From IMG/VR virus record IMGVR_UViG_3300035544_000017, positions 1 through 25,299 of that record: a DNA stretch of 25,299 nucleotides, one strand, 5' to 3'. A program made the position numbers and the translations under genes. Below the pieces are notes generated by a model. It searched no databases and was not told the DNA's origin. It was given only the letters and a program-made list of their open reading frames with translations. Below, piece by piece: positions 9,201-18,180 of this stretch (position 1 is the stretch's first letter; the number at the start of each line of letters is the position of its first letter). This DNA is from a virus. Its lineage: Duplodnaviria; Caudoviricetes.

Positions 9201-10133
9201 TAGTTTTCCTTTTTTAGTTAAATAATATAAAGCAGGAAAATAAATACCAACCCCTATCCCATCCACTGAATTACCAGAAGTTTCAGAAACAACCCAATCG
9301 GTTGATAATTTAAAACCAACACTTTTATCAGAATAAGTATCAGAAAAAGCAGGAATTACGCCCTGATCTAAAGTACCGTACCTGTAATCAAAAATAACAT
9401 CTTCAAAATTAGAACTAGGATTTGAATTTATGTACTCATTTCCTATAAAATCAATTTCATGGTCAGCAATGGCGAATAGCGCATTATATTGTTGGGTATC
9501 ATCATCATTTGTAGTAAATTCATTTATTATGGGGGGAGTGATTCTTGTTCTACCATAAAGGATAGGAAGAGTTATCCCTTGTTCTGTGGGGTTTCCTTTT
9601 ACGTCCCACGCATAAGTAGCAGAAGAATTTAGTCCAGCATCCGTATCAAAAGAGGGAAGAGATGCGCTTCCAAATACAGCACTTATTAATATCCCACCAA
9701 GTAAAGTTGTGGCTCCTGATATAATAGTGCCCGCCATTGCTAAAGCACTACCAACAGAAGAAAACATTCCTGTATTAAATAAACCAACTCCTAATTGGTT
9801 GACTAATCCAGGCATAAGTCCAGGCGCATAGAAAGAAAGTACGCTAACAGCAAGAAGAGCAACCAGTTTTAACGGGCTTTTACCCCCGCCTCCACCTTTA
9901 GGTACAATAGAAAAAACAACACTAGACCCGTCTTTTGGTACTATTGCTCTAATATCAGCATCATTTAAGACCACTCCGTCAATAGAAGCAACTACTTCTA
10001 AATCAGAGCATAATACAGGATTAAAGTAACTTACTATTTCACCAATAGAAGTTCCATTTTTAAACTGTTTTATTTTTTGACTATTGTGGGGGTCAAAAAT
10101 ATTTTCAATACAGGTAGCAGTAATCTTACCCAT
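6252..10133 (-). CDS. Central tail tip / host-specificity protein (gpJ-like) with fused N-terminal gpI-like ubiquitin-fold domain
   Basis: 1293 aa; N-terminal beta-grasp-like region ending VPKGGGGG; LPILYGRTRI, YPGTALAGI, NNPAWAAYDIL, PGQVIEV, ISALEY motifs; FNIII (PPSNVENF...LTWDAV...YTFWIKAVD). Confidence 0.92.
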   Translation of the reverse strand: MGKITATCIENIFDPHNSQKIKQFKNGTSIGEIVSYFNPVLCSDLEVVASIDGVVLNDADIRAIVPKDGSSVVFSIVPKGGGGGKSPLKLVALLAVSVLSFYAPGLMPGLVNQLGVGLFNTGMFSSVGSALAMAGTIISGATTLLGGILISAVFGSASLPSFDTDAGLNSSATYAWDVKGNPTEQGITLPILYGRTRITPPIINEFTTNDDDTQQYNALFAIADHEIDFIGNEYINSNPSSNFEDVIFDYRYGTLDQGVIPAFSDTYSDKSVGFKLSTDWVVSETSGNSVDGIGVGIYFPALYYLTKKGKLQNHSVIVNIQYREKGTETWYDFEAVDTSNLSQNLVLASRWSAGYYLPDSKWVELEEGTSIDTAHTEGDRYPSVEGKAYWRWIDSSDVSTPIVYNGISGSSITITAASQDAVYRDFYLYNLDPSQYEIRARFEEEPPTSLSYRNTGYFSYIKEIVYDDFTYPGTALAGIQALATDTLSGSRPAITFEAERTYVFVWTGSTYEQKPANNPAWAAYDILHNADYGANLSYSKFIYEDFEEWATFCETKNYTCNIYVDQSMSVRGILDTISLLGRGTVVHKGSQYGVIIDKKEDIAVQHFMFTKGNMIENSYTNSFLDLTERANAIEITYFDEELDYSRQIVEIYQDGFDEVQTEINKTSVSLVGCTNRQQAINFGRGMLLRNRYLTQTITFQAGIDSIACLPGQVIEVSYDVPQWGLSSGRLISATSTSVTLPEAVELVAGSQYTVQIKHAEDDTIEYRNVIPVGVTTTTSTLNLVSAWDITPKEYDLYAFGHINNVTKKFRILNITRTNDTLYRTISALEYMDEIYNDTLDTVPNIEIGDTAYVTDLNAKESWVFASDGTGKSVIDVSWRGNALSWNVFVKKADGLWQLAGVSTKKSYRIDIGFAIGDSYMVSVTPYNTPNNQYTKSVIILGKEAPPSNVENFIAVANKDAIDLTWDAVEDADFLSYTIVRGVSYETGIPVITSLTENEFSWNPPVSGTYTFWIKAVDRTFNESLVASSTSISVDISDYVNFILERDEITTYVPDGEVYNLFYESSEEVLKWIPGMTYDELAGYDFDTPVLTDYLFFNYDNGYFISDIIDIGTSTTFSLRQALEKTAAFIDPSFDDFIYGRTFNTFPRDTFNSITSLAKYNLYYKYSVDNITWSDWYLYSNKVTITARYLQIKAETNIIIKSTSFEISSILSYLDVDDKSKKLYNQTISSGGTEYLLSSIPITIFSAYNVGVTILGSGFATYSVDIQSDRFTVYIYDSSGTGISRDVNLEISGF

Positions 10134-10567
10134 TATTTATTTCCTATCCATCTATAAAATCCACGAATTCTTTTTCTATAGGTAGTGTCATTTAAACTGG
10201 TTATCTGAGGGCCTTGTTTTTTTAATGTATGAATAAATTTGTTATTTCCAATATATACACCAAAATGATGAACTATTGAAGGAGCGGATATTAACATATT
10301 CATTGTTATAATATCCCCCTCTATTAATTCTTTTTCTTGTATTGGATAAAAATTGTTCTTTATCTCCTCTATAAACTGAAAATAAATTTTGTTTCTATCC
10401 TCACAGTCAATAACGAAATCAGGAAAATCAACCATCCCACACTGGTCATAAATATATTTTATTAATCCCCAACAATCTAATCCACCTAGTACAGTTCTGC
10501 CCCTATCCGTAAAGGGGGACTTTAAAGCATTAGATGCAGCATTGATAATTTTTTTATTAGGAAGCAA
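10133..10567 (-). CDS. NlpC/P60 tail-associated peptidase (gpK-like, no JAB domain)
   Basis: GLDCWGL catalytic Cys motif and HFGVYIGNNKFIH; between L and J; TTG start after GAGGAGG. Confidence 0.9.
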   Translation of the reverse strand: MLPNKKIINAASNALKSPFTDRGRTVLGGLDCWGLIKYIYDQCGMVDFPDFVIDCEDRNKIYFQFIEEIKNNFYPIQEKELIEGDIITMNMLISAPSIVHHFGVYIGNNKFIHTLKKQGPQITSLNDTTYRKRIRGFYRWIGNK

Positions 10568-11198
10568 TGGTTAATCCTCCTCGTCCAACTCCTGGAAAGC
10601 CTCCAAAACGAGTTGAATTATCAAGTTCTCGACATCTGGATAACGTTTTATTACAAGTCGTGGCAGTTCCAGTATATCCACATCGATCAGATTTAAATTT
10701 GAATCTACAACTATTCTTTAAAATTCTATTTAGTGGAAATCTCTTTCTGTAAATATTAGGTGCGCCTAAAGTAAACGTAACATAGTCAGCGGCACTTATA
10801 GGTTGAATAAGAATATAATCGTGGGAGACAACCGGAGTAGGATCATCTAATGTTGCCGATGATACAATATAAATCGTAACTTCTATATCGGCGGGTCCAT
10901 TTTGTTTTACATATCTATCATATTCTTGCAAATAAGATTCTATATCTCTATTAACATTTGGTATACGAAGATCGACTCTAGGAATCTCGCCTTCTGTTTG
11001 ATCTGAAATTTCATCAAGTTCAAAAGGAAAAGCAAGCCAAGTATGTCCTTGCCATATAATATCTTCGGTATTAGATACTAGGCGAATATGCTCTGTTATA
11101 TCTGGAATAACAATTTCTAAACACACAAGGAAAGCATCTTCGCTTCCCATTGTGTTTTTCTGCGCGATAACTTCAGAAGATAAAAGAATATCAGACAT
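10557..11198 (-). CDS. Minor tail protein L-like with 4-Cys C-terminal domain
   Basis: IRLVSNTEDIIWQGHTWLAFPF; C-terminal CRFKFKSDRCGY...CNKTLSRC...RFGGFPG as in lambda gpL-type Fe-S domain. Confidence 0.88.
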   Translation of the reverse strand: MSDILLSSEVIAQKNTMGSEDAFLVCLEIVIPDITEHIRLVSNTEDIIWQGHTWLAFPFELDEISDQTEGEIPRVDLRIPNVNRDIESYLQEYDRYVKQNGPADIEVTIYIVSSATLDDPTPVVSHDYILIQPISAADYVTFTLGAPNIYRKRFPLNRILKNSCRFKFKSDRCGYTGTATTCNKTLSRCRELDNSTRFGGFPGVGRGGLTIAS

Positions 11199-11203
11199 AC
11201 CAA

Positions 11204-11536
11204 TTATGCCTCTTCAATAGCAACAGTCATTGAGCAGTCTCTAGGGGAAGAGATGGTTGCTTGTAATTGATCATCACTAAACCTGACACTATAGGTAGTA
11301 GAGTTCATCGGATTAACCCAATCAAATAGTGTTCCTTGATTAGCATAGAAAAAAGTTTTTATGCTATATACATCTTCTATAAATATCTCTTCATACGATA
11401 ATTCCCATTTTCCACGACCTCTAGTATGTTTAACACTAGATTGCACAGAACCATCTTCAAATGGTGTACGCCGTTGTGCTTTTATAAAAGACTCTGTTAT
11501 TGTCTGCGGTTTAGGAGAACTAGGATAAGTTGCCAT
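11204..11536 (-). CDS. Distal tail protein (gpM-like)
   Basis: 110 aa, FEDGSVQ...WELSY...FFYANQGTLFDWVNP pattern; canonical position before L. Confidence 0.8.
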   Translation of the reverse strand: MATYPSSPKPQTITESFIKAQRRTPFEDGSVQSSVKHTRGRGKWELSYEEIFIEDVYSIKTFFYANQGTLFDWVNPMNSTTYSVRFSDDQLQATISSPRDCSMTVAIEEA

Positions 11537-11540
11537 TTAA

Positions 11541-12083
11541 TTAAAACCCCGTAGAATAAATAATACCATATGGTTTTCCTGCCCAAGCAGCAGAAGTCTC
11601 TTCTAACACCGTAAAATTTAAAGAAGGAGAGGCTTCAGCATCCCCGGTTAGTGATACATTTAGACCTTTGTTTATTCTTACTTTAGGAAAAACAAAACTT
11701 AGACCCTTTGTTGTATCTGGATAAGTATATACTAGTTCTAATCGTAAATCAATATCAGTTACTACTCCTAGATTAATATAGGCATTAGAATCCGGCATTA
11801 TTCCAAATAAAAGTTGAATAATATCTTTAGAGAACTCAACAGTCTGCGATTCTATAGAACACGCTATTGTATTGGAGAAAGCAGCACCTATTAGAAAACT
11901 ATCTACGTTCCTTCTTGTTTTAGTATCAACAGAATAAACAATATTTGTTACTTCACTGTATCCAAAATTATTTGAAGCAGTAAGGACCGGCAATACTTGT
12001 AAAACATTAGAAGTATAATCCCCTATGCGAAGTTCACAAGGACCAATGGAGATTGAATTGCTATTTTTTAATCCGGCTGACAT
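11541..12083 (-). CDS. Tail-tube-like protein (paralog of the major tail protein)
   Basis: SISIGPCELRIG/AIALGLMDVRVG, PVLTAS/PVLTSA, YTYPD..LSFVFPKV/LSYPD..LYVIFPRA and W..KPYG/W..SPTG match 16038..16940. Confidence 0.75.
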   Translation of the reverse strand: MSAGLKNSNSISIGPCELRIGDYTSNVLQVLPVLTASNNFGYSEVTNIVYSVDTKTRRNVDSFLIGAAFSNTIACSIESQTVEFSKDIIQLLFGIMPDSNAYINLGVVTDIDLRLELVYTYPDTTKGLSFVFPKVRINKGLNVSLTGDAEASPSLNFTVLEETSAAWAGKPYGIIYSTGF

Positions 12084-12093
12084 TTAAGACTTC

Positions 12094-15000
12094 CTATTTA
12101 GCAGTAGCAATGGTTTTTCGTAGGCCCTGCTTATTTCTATTAATACCATCAATTACAATCCTGATTACTTCAGTTCCCATATCAAAACTAGAAGATGCAG
12201 AAGCAGAACCCACCTGGGTTCCTGTTCTATTCTCCACAATAACCTTAACATCTCTAGGTTCTCTGGAAGAAGCCGCCTGTTCCTTTGTCTGAACTACCTC
12301 TCCTCTTTTTAATACTGCATTTACTTCTCCTCCATCGTGGAACCGTGGAGCATTTATAAAAGCAGTAGGAGATAGGGCGCGTTTTATAGCAGATGCTTTT
12401 CCTGCCATGCCTCCACTATGTAATTGAGTAGCCGTAGAAGCTGTTTCCCCATAATTAACACTTGAACCTAAATTAAAATAATTACCAAACATCTCACTAG
12501 CCCCGGAAAGAGCATTCATAATCTGTTGTTTAATTATAATCTTGGTAATATCTTGTATGATAGATAATGCCATATCACTAAAAGCATCTGCCGCATTTTT
12601 AGTGCCTTTAACAAATTCAATAAAAGCATCTGCGGTAGAATCAGCAAATGTATCTGCCATATCTACTGCCATATCAGATATTTTTTTCCAAGTGGTTGTA
12701 GCGGATTCTTTGATTTTCTTATTTGCGGCTACCCACGCTTCGGCCAAGTTTTCTGGATTTTCTTCCATATCCTTGGCAACTTTCGCACTTAGCTTTGCTT
12801 GCTCTAATTGATTTTTAGCAATAGCGGTATTCAGTTCCTCTTGTATCTTAAGAAGCCGCCCTGTTTGTGGTTTGCCTCCAAGAGCAACAATTTTTGCATT
12901 ATAATCTTCCCACTCTTTAATTCTTTCTTTAAAATTTTCTTTTATTAGTGATAATTCTTCATCCAAACTTTTTTGTTGAGCTTTAAGAAGCTGTCTATTT
13001 GTTCCATTCTTTTTATTTATTTCTAATTCTGCATATTCTAATTTAGTATCTAACTTTGTTTTTTCAGTAGATAGTTCTTCTTTTATAGCAGCATCGTTCG
13101 CGGACTGTTCAGATTTTAAATTCTGTATCTTTTCTTTATTTCTATTTTTTTGTTTATCATAAAACTTTTTTAAAACAGCATTGATTGCTTCTGCTTCTAT
13201 TTTTTCTTTATCTGCACTAAGAATAGTAAATCCCAAAGATTCACGTTGTGATATAGCAGTACTGGCAGCATTAAGAGCCTTTTCTACATAGTCAATAACA
13301 TCCTGAATTAATTGTGGATCTTTGCTTTTAAAAGCATCAGAAACAACGGTCCTCCATTCTGGACCTAGTTTTTTTAAATTCTCATTCCATTGTTTGTTTA
13401 CTTCTTCAGGAATTAATCCCAGTGCTTTTTCAGCCGCAGCTAAGTCTCTAGTACTTTTAGCAAAAGAAGGCACATCTATCTTTAATGTTTCATCTATTAA
13501 ACCTAAAGAATCCTCTAAGGCTAATCGTTGAATTGTTAAAAATGATATTGATTTTTTATAAAGAGATATTTCTTTATCCGAACCAAAAGACCAAAAACTA
13601 CTCGCCCGGTCAGTAGCTTTTTCAAGTCCTTTTGTTTTTTCATTCAAAACCTTGTTAGTTCTATCAAGTTCCTTTATTATTTCTTCTCTTCGTTTTTTAA
13701 GATAATCCGTTGTTTCATTAAATACTTGTTTTTGTTTATCATGCAAAACAGCGTCTAGTTTTTCTGCGGATAAAGCAGTATCCTCAAGAGCCTCCGCAAG
13801 CCCAGGATACCGCTCAGTTAATTGCTTAACTAGTAAAGCCAATTGATTCTTTTTTTCTAATTCACTAGAATCAGACTCGTTGATTGCTTTTATAGCATCC
13901 CGATACTGCTCCATTCCTGCAATAAACGCTTGTTGATTATTAGTATACTTTACTAAGTATTTACCGGCTAATTCCATATCTCCGGATAGTATTTGTAATC
14001 CATCTATATTCCGATTAACATAAGACAATAATTGTCCAAATCCCAATACTAAGGCTGATAATTTTTCAACCAATCCAGAGATTATGCCAGTAAGTCCTAA
14101 CTCCCCCATAATAATACCAAGGTTTGCTAGTCGGTCCATTAAATTTTTAGTTTGAACCCCCAATCCCTGCTGCTGAATTAACTGCTGCTTGAATGCCTCC
14201 CCCGGTTTTTTTATGTTTTCTAATAGGGTATCATAATCACTACTAGTAAAGGCTTTTACAAATACGTTGGCAGCTTGCTGACCTCTTAACCCGAATAGTT
14301 CATACGCCTTACCCGCGTCGGCTACTCCTGTCCGCTGGTCAATAAGAATCTTCGTCATGTTCTGCATGGCAGTTCTAAAACCAACAAAACGAGGATTAAT
14401 ATCATCCACAGATAACCCGACATTATATAATTCTCTTTTTAATTTAGCAGAAGGCGCAATCATTCTAGAAATAACATTACGCATAGATGTGCCAACAGTA
14501 GACATTCGTAGACCATTATTAGCAAGAATACCCGCTGCCGTAGCAGTTTCTTCAATAGAAAGCCCTGCCTGTTTAGCAGAAGCGCCTACATAGTTAAAAA
14601 TAGTACGTAGACCCTGAATAGTTAACTTTGATTTATTTACTGCGGAAGCAAATACATCGGCCGCTCTTCCAGATTCAGTGGCCTCTAATTGAAATGCACG
14701 TAGAGTAGAAGTAAATAAATCAGCCGTAGTAGCAAAATCTGAAAGTGTACCTGTGGCTACAGAGGCAATAGCATCAATAGAAGCCAATGATTCCCTAGCA
14801 GAGAAACCGGACTGTCCAAGATAAACCATTGCTTGAGCAACTTCTTGTGCTGAAAATTTAGTATTATTAGATACATCAATCATTTTATCGCCAAAAGCAA
14901 TAACTTCAGTAGAGGTAGCCCCTGTAATAGCCTGTAAGTTTTTTAATGCTTGATCGTATTCTATAATTGCGGTAACAGACCCTGTAATGGCAGAAGAAAT

Positions 15001-15288
15001 AGTTTTAAAAACTGCCCCCGCCGCTGCAAATCTAGCAAGAGTTTTAAAAGCCCCCACTACAGAATTAGTAGCACCAGAAAGAAAGCCCATATTAGTAGCA
15101 GCACTCTTTGATTGGCTACCTACTTTACCGATAGCAGTCCCGGCCCCGCTAAGTTGTTTTGTACTTTTTGTTAGTCCATTTAATGAAGTAGCAACACTAT
15201 TTACAGACTGAGTAAATGTTTTATCTACTCGTCCAATAAATGAGGTTATTAACTGATTTTTATATTCATTAGCCATCTGGTAACTCAC
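12094..15288 (-). CDS. Tape measure protein (TP901-type core)
   Basis: 1064 aa, Ala-rich helical; TKFSAQEVAQAMVYLGQSGF core; long coiled coils; C-terminal HSGG...PRFHDGG. Confidence 0.95.
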   Translation of the reverse strand: MSYQMANEYKNQLITSFIGRVDKTFTQSVNSVATSLNGLTKSTKQLSGAGTAIGKVGSQSKSAATNMGFLSGATNSVVGAFKTLARFAAAGAVFKTISSAITGSVTAIIEYDQALKNLQAITGATSTEVIAFGDKMIDVSNNTKFSAQEVAQAMVYLGQSGFSARESLASIDAIASVATGTLSDFATTADLFTSTLRAFQLEATESGRAADVFASAVNKSKLTIQGLRTIFNYVGASAKQAGLSIEETATAAGILANNGLRMSTVGTSMRNVISRMIAPSAKLKRELYNVGLSVDDINPRFVGFRTAMQNMTKILIDQRTGVADAGKAYELFGLRGQQAANVFVKAFTSSDYDTLLENIKKPGEAFKQQLIQQQGLGVQTKNLMDRLANLGIIMGELGLTGIISGLVEKLSALVLGFGQLLSYVNRNIDGLQILSGDMELAGKYLVKYTNNQQAFIAGMEQYRDAIKAINESDSSELEKKNQLALLVKQLTERYPGLAEALEDTALSAEKLDAVLHDKQKQVFNETTDYLKKRREEIIKELDRTNKVLNEKTKGLEKATDRASSFWSFGSDKEISLYKKSISFLTIQRLALEDSLGLIDETLKIDVPSFAKSTRDLAAAEKALGLIPEEVNKQWNENLKKLGPEWRTVVSDAFKSKDPQLIQDVIDYVEKALNAASTAISQRESLGFTILSADKEKIEAEAINAVLKKFYDKQKNRNKEKIQNLKSEQSANDAAIKEELSTEKTKLDTKLEYAELEINKKNGTNRQLLKAQQKSLDEELSLIKENFKERIKEWEDYNAKIVALGGKPQTGRLLKIQEELNTAIAKNQLEQAKLSAKVAKDMEENPENLAEAWVAANKKIKESATTTWKKISDMAVDMADTFADSTADAFIEFVKGTKNAADAFSDMALSIIQDITKIIIKQQIMNALSGASEMFGNYFNLGSSVNYGETASTATQLHSGGMAGKASAIKRALSPTAFINAPRFHDGGEVNAVLKRGEVVQTKEQAASSREPRDVKVIVENRTGTQVGSASASSSFDMGTEVIRIVIDGINRNKQGLRKTIATAK

Positions 15289-15960
15289 TCTTGCTGATTA
15301 CAGGAATATTGCCAAACATTTTAGTCAACTTTTGCTCCATCAACATTGCCTGTGCTTTTTTATCTTCATCTGATAAATTCTTTTTACTACTACTTACATC
15401 TAGACTAGGTACTTTAATACCTTGAAAACTAGCCAACACTCTATAGTTCTCATGTTTTCTTATTAATGATTTTTCATATAAGATATTCAATTGAGAAACT
15501 GTTAATCCACCTTTATATACAGGATTAGTTAGAATATCGGCTAATTTTATTTGTGGGTATTCTGATAATACCGTTGCAAAAACCTCGTCTACATCCAGAC
15601 GCTTTTTACTTTCTCGACGAGGTTCTTTATGTTTTTTAGGCTTCCCTCATAATTCATTTCATAAATATTGTTACAAAATTCTACAAGTTGATTATTGCTT
15701 GCCTCAGAAAAATCTACTTCTCCCTCAACTACCATCTTAGCAATCTCATCTACATTTTCTTCAATTAGAGTAATAATAAGATTTACCATATCAGTGATTG
15801 CTAAATCGTTCTCAGACTGCTTTGAAAAATCTTCAAGCATCTTACTAATCTTATCGGCAAATTTCTTTTGCTGACCAATTGAAATTGGATAAATTATAAT
15901 CTCTTTTGGTTCCCTAATTCCTACCCATTGACTGCGAGTCTCAATCATTAACTCACTCAT
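15269..15960 (-). CDS. Tail assembly chaperone GT, -1 frameshift product
   Basis: The -1 frame is open from just before the A AAA AAC heptamer (15631..15637) to the stop at 15269 (KHKEPRRESKKRLDVDEVFATVLSEYPQ...LNILYEKS...). Confidence 0.8.
15589..15960 (-). CDS. Tail assembly chaperone G
   Basis: 123 aa acidic helical protein between major tail and tape measure genes; AGGAG RBS. Confidence 0.85.
   Translation of the reverse strand: MSELMIETRSQWVGIREPKEIIIYPISIGQQKKFADKISKMLEDFSKQSENDLAITDMVNLIITLIEENVDEIAKMVVEGEVDFSEASNNQLVEFCNNIYEMNYEGSLKNIKNLVEKVKSVWM
15631..15637 (-). promoter_or_regulatory. -1 programmed ribosomal frameshift slippery site A AAA AAC
   Basis: In-frame X XXY YYZ heptamer in CTA AAA AAC near the end of G; SD-like GAGGGAAG just upstream; -1 frame closed by TGA immediately before. 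Confidence 0.78.
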
Positions 15961-15994
15961 AATTTTAAATAATCTCCTATATTTGATTTTGTTT

Positions 15995-16025
15995 AAAAGG
16001 GAGAGAGCTTTTTCTCCCTCCCTTT
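15995..16025 (-). terminator. Intrinsic terminator/attenuator after the major tail gene
   Basis: AAAGGGAGGGAG-AAAAAG-CTCTCTCCCTTTT hairpin ~12 nt after the stop. Confidence 0.75.
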
Positions 16026-16037
16026 ATTTTTAGTGTA

Positions 16038-16940
16038 TTAAGCAGCAACCCAAAGTAACTTTCCAGTTGGGGAAGAATCCCAAACCACATTACCGCCAGT
16101 AACCCCACTGTCTGCACGAGTAGCCTCAAAAGTAATTGAAACACTAGCAGGAGAATCAGTAGCAAAAGACAGTTCTTCAGATTCAGTTTTCACCTGTGCA
16201 CGAGGGAAAATTACATATAGAGAACGAGAAGCGTCAGGATAACTCAGAAGTCCTTCCACTCTCACGTACGCCGGAGCAGACAAGTTACCAAGTGCGATTT
16301 CGCCTGTGGTATTAGAATCATATCCCTGTTTAGCCATATAAAACGTAAATACATCATCAGCCGCCCAAGTTCCAGTGAAGAAACCAGAAGGAATAGCAAC
16401 CAATTCAGTAGAACCATCAGTAAAGGTAGATAAAAAACCAGTGTCCCCCTCTCCTATCTGATCGCCCGTTAATTTACCACGACTATCTGAATAAACAGAA
16501 TAAGTGCTAGAAGTTAAAAAGATAACACGATAGGTATCAGCTTCAGCATCGGCCCCCCCATCAATATCGTCACTGGCGTTATAAGTTCCAGAAGCAGAAC
16601 TAACTACCTTATAACCTTCACCAACCCAAGATGCACTAGCAGCAGCCGGGTCCAGGCCCTGTGCAATAGCAAGGTTCTTGGGAGTAATTTCCTCAAAAGA
16701 ACAAGTGATCATCTGATCGCCCTGAGTAGGGAGAATCAGGTCTTTATTCTGCGGAAAACCAGAATAGTGTTCATAAAAAGTTGTAGACGCAGTAAAAGTG
16801 CTATCTGCCAAAGCACCAATTGAATGAGCAGAAGTCAAAACCGGAGTAGCGGTCCCTATATTGGCAGCAGAGGGACCAACTCTTACATCCATCAAACCGA
16901 GCGCAATTGCAGCGGTATCTTTAGTAGTAGGTCCAGGCAT
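16038..16940 (-). CDS. Major tail (tube) protein with internal insertion domain
   Basis: 300 aa, GAGG RBS, followed by terminator and G/GT genes; FEEITPKNLAIAQG, YVIFPRAQV, SVSITFEA tube-like strands. Confidence 0.88.
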   Translation of the reverse strand: MPGPTTKDTAAIALGLMDVRVGPSAANIGTATPVLTSAHSIGALADSTFTASTTFYEHYSGFPQNKDLILPTQGDQMITCSFEEITPKNLAIAQGLDPAAASASWVGEGYKVVSSASGTYNASDDIDGGADAEADTYRVIFLTSSTYSVYSDSRGKLTGDQIGEGDTGFLSTFTDGSTELVAIPSGFFTGTWAADDVFTFYMAKQGYDSNTTGEIALGNLSAPAYVRVEGLLSYPDASRSLYVIFPRAQVKTESEELSFATDSPASVSITFEATRADSGVTGGNVVWDSSPTGKLLWVAA

Positions 16941-16958
16941 AATGCCTCCTTAAAAGAG

Positions 16959-17429
16959 CTAGTAACTAGCCCCCCATTTTAAATTTATTGTAATAAGTTT
17001 ATATTTAGTACCATCAGCAGCAACTAAATAACCAGACTGATAAATAATATCAGCAACCATGTACCCAATAATTTCCTCAGAAGGTGTTCCAAGATTTATA
17101 TAAAAAGGTATTCTTTTTATCGTATCAACAGAGTTTGAATCTGTAAAATTCCCAACAATTATATCCCGAAGCAATGTCACTTCATCCGCGTCAGCATCTT
17201 GTTGAGCGCAGCAATAAATATTTATGTTCGCTTCATTAACAGTTCCAATAATAAAAGACCCAAACTCTACCGCTATCCATTTTGGGGCTGAAGACTCGGA
17301 GGTAGGAGCCTTCAGCCCCGTGTCAAGGAGAAGAGGAATAGAGGGAGTGAAAGAATTTACAATTGAAAATAAAAATTTACGAACTGAAATTTTAAAATTA
17401 TATTCTTTGCTTATATCAGGAAGCGTCAT
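16959..17429 (-). CDS. Putative tail terminator protein
   Basis: 156 aa immediately before the major tail gene; alpha/beta pattern with PKWIAVEF and INIYC. Confidence 0.6.
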   Translation of the reverse strand: MTLPDISKEYNFKISVRKFLFSIVNSFTPSIPLLLDTGLKAPTSESSAPKWIAVEFGSFIIGTVNEANINIYCCAQQDADADEVTLLRDIIVGNFTDSNSVDTIKRIPFYINLGTPSEEIIGYMVADIIYQSGYLVAADGTKYKLITINLKWGASY

Positions 17430-17616
17430 TTTTACTATCTTTTAATAGAACTTCTAGTAGTTCTTTGAAATTTTCATATACGTGAATCGTCTCTTCCTCT
17501 AGCGTATCTTTTCGGATTATAGCAAAATTTAATAATTTATTCAAGTGGTATAATTCATTTAAAGTAAAAATAGTTGTAATCTCTACTTCTACTGGCTTTA
17601 TATCATACACTCGCAT
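17416..17616 (-). CDS. Small hypothetical protein
   Basis: 66 aa, abuts or overlaps both neighbours, GGGAG upstream. Confidence 0.6.
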   Translation of the reverse strand: MRVYDIKPVEVEITTIFTLNELYHLNKLLNFAIIRKDTLEEETIHVYENFKELLEVLLKDSKNDAS

Positions 17617-18180
17617 TTATCGTATCTCCCATCGTGAAAATATTTTATCTGTATATTTGTGATTAAGTTTCTGAAGGTCATCATTAACAAAGTCTTTTAG
17701 TGTTGGGCCAAAAACAGGTCGCGCCTTCATCTTTCCACCAGGAGAGCCATTTTCTAACAAGTATCCATAATAGGTTATTTCTCTAGGATTGTAACCTCTT
17801 GCCTGTTCCCCTCTTTCAAAAAACCAAGACTTACCTCCGGCTTTTATTCCAGCAGGAACACCTACAGCGCGGCCCTCTGCAATTTCAAATAACTTAATAT
17901 TTTTAAAAAGATCGCCCTCTAAAAACCAAGAGTCATAAAAACCATAATTTCTCAATTTCCAGTCTGCATAATCAGAATTTAAAGGAGCAGGATTTTTTGG
18001 ATATTTTCTTGTTAATAGATTATCTCGTACTTTTACATAAAAAGCATTAGATATATCTCTAATTAAATCTCCCCTAGTACCAACAGCAGATTTGGCAGCA
18101 GGAACAAGTTTTCTAGTTCTTTGTACTAGTCTTTTTACCTGTGCAGAAAAATTGCTATGTAATCTAGGAAAAGTTATCAT
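17617..18180 (-). CDS. Neck/tail-completion protein (HK97 gp10-like)
   Basis: Basic protein with YGYLLENGSPGGKMKARPVFGPTL C-terminal motif. Confidence 0.75.
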   Translation of the reverse strand: MITFPRLHSNFSAQVKRLVQRTRKLVPAAKSAVGTRGDLIRDISNAFYVKVRDNLLTRKYPKNPAPLNSDYADWKLRNYGFYDSWFLEGDLFKNIKLFEIAEGRAVGVPAGIKAGGKSWFFERGEQARGYNPREITYYGYLLENGSPGGKMKARPVFGPTLKDFVNDDLQKLNHKYTDKIFSRWEIR

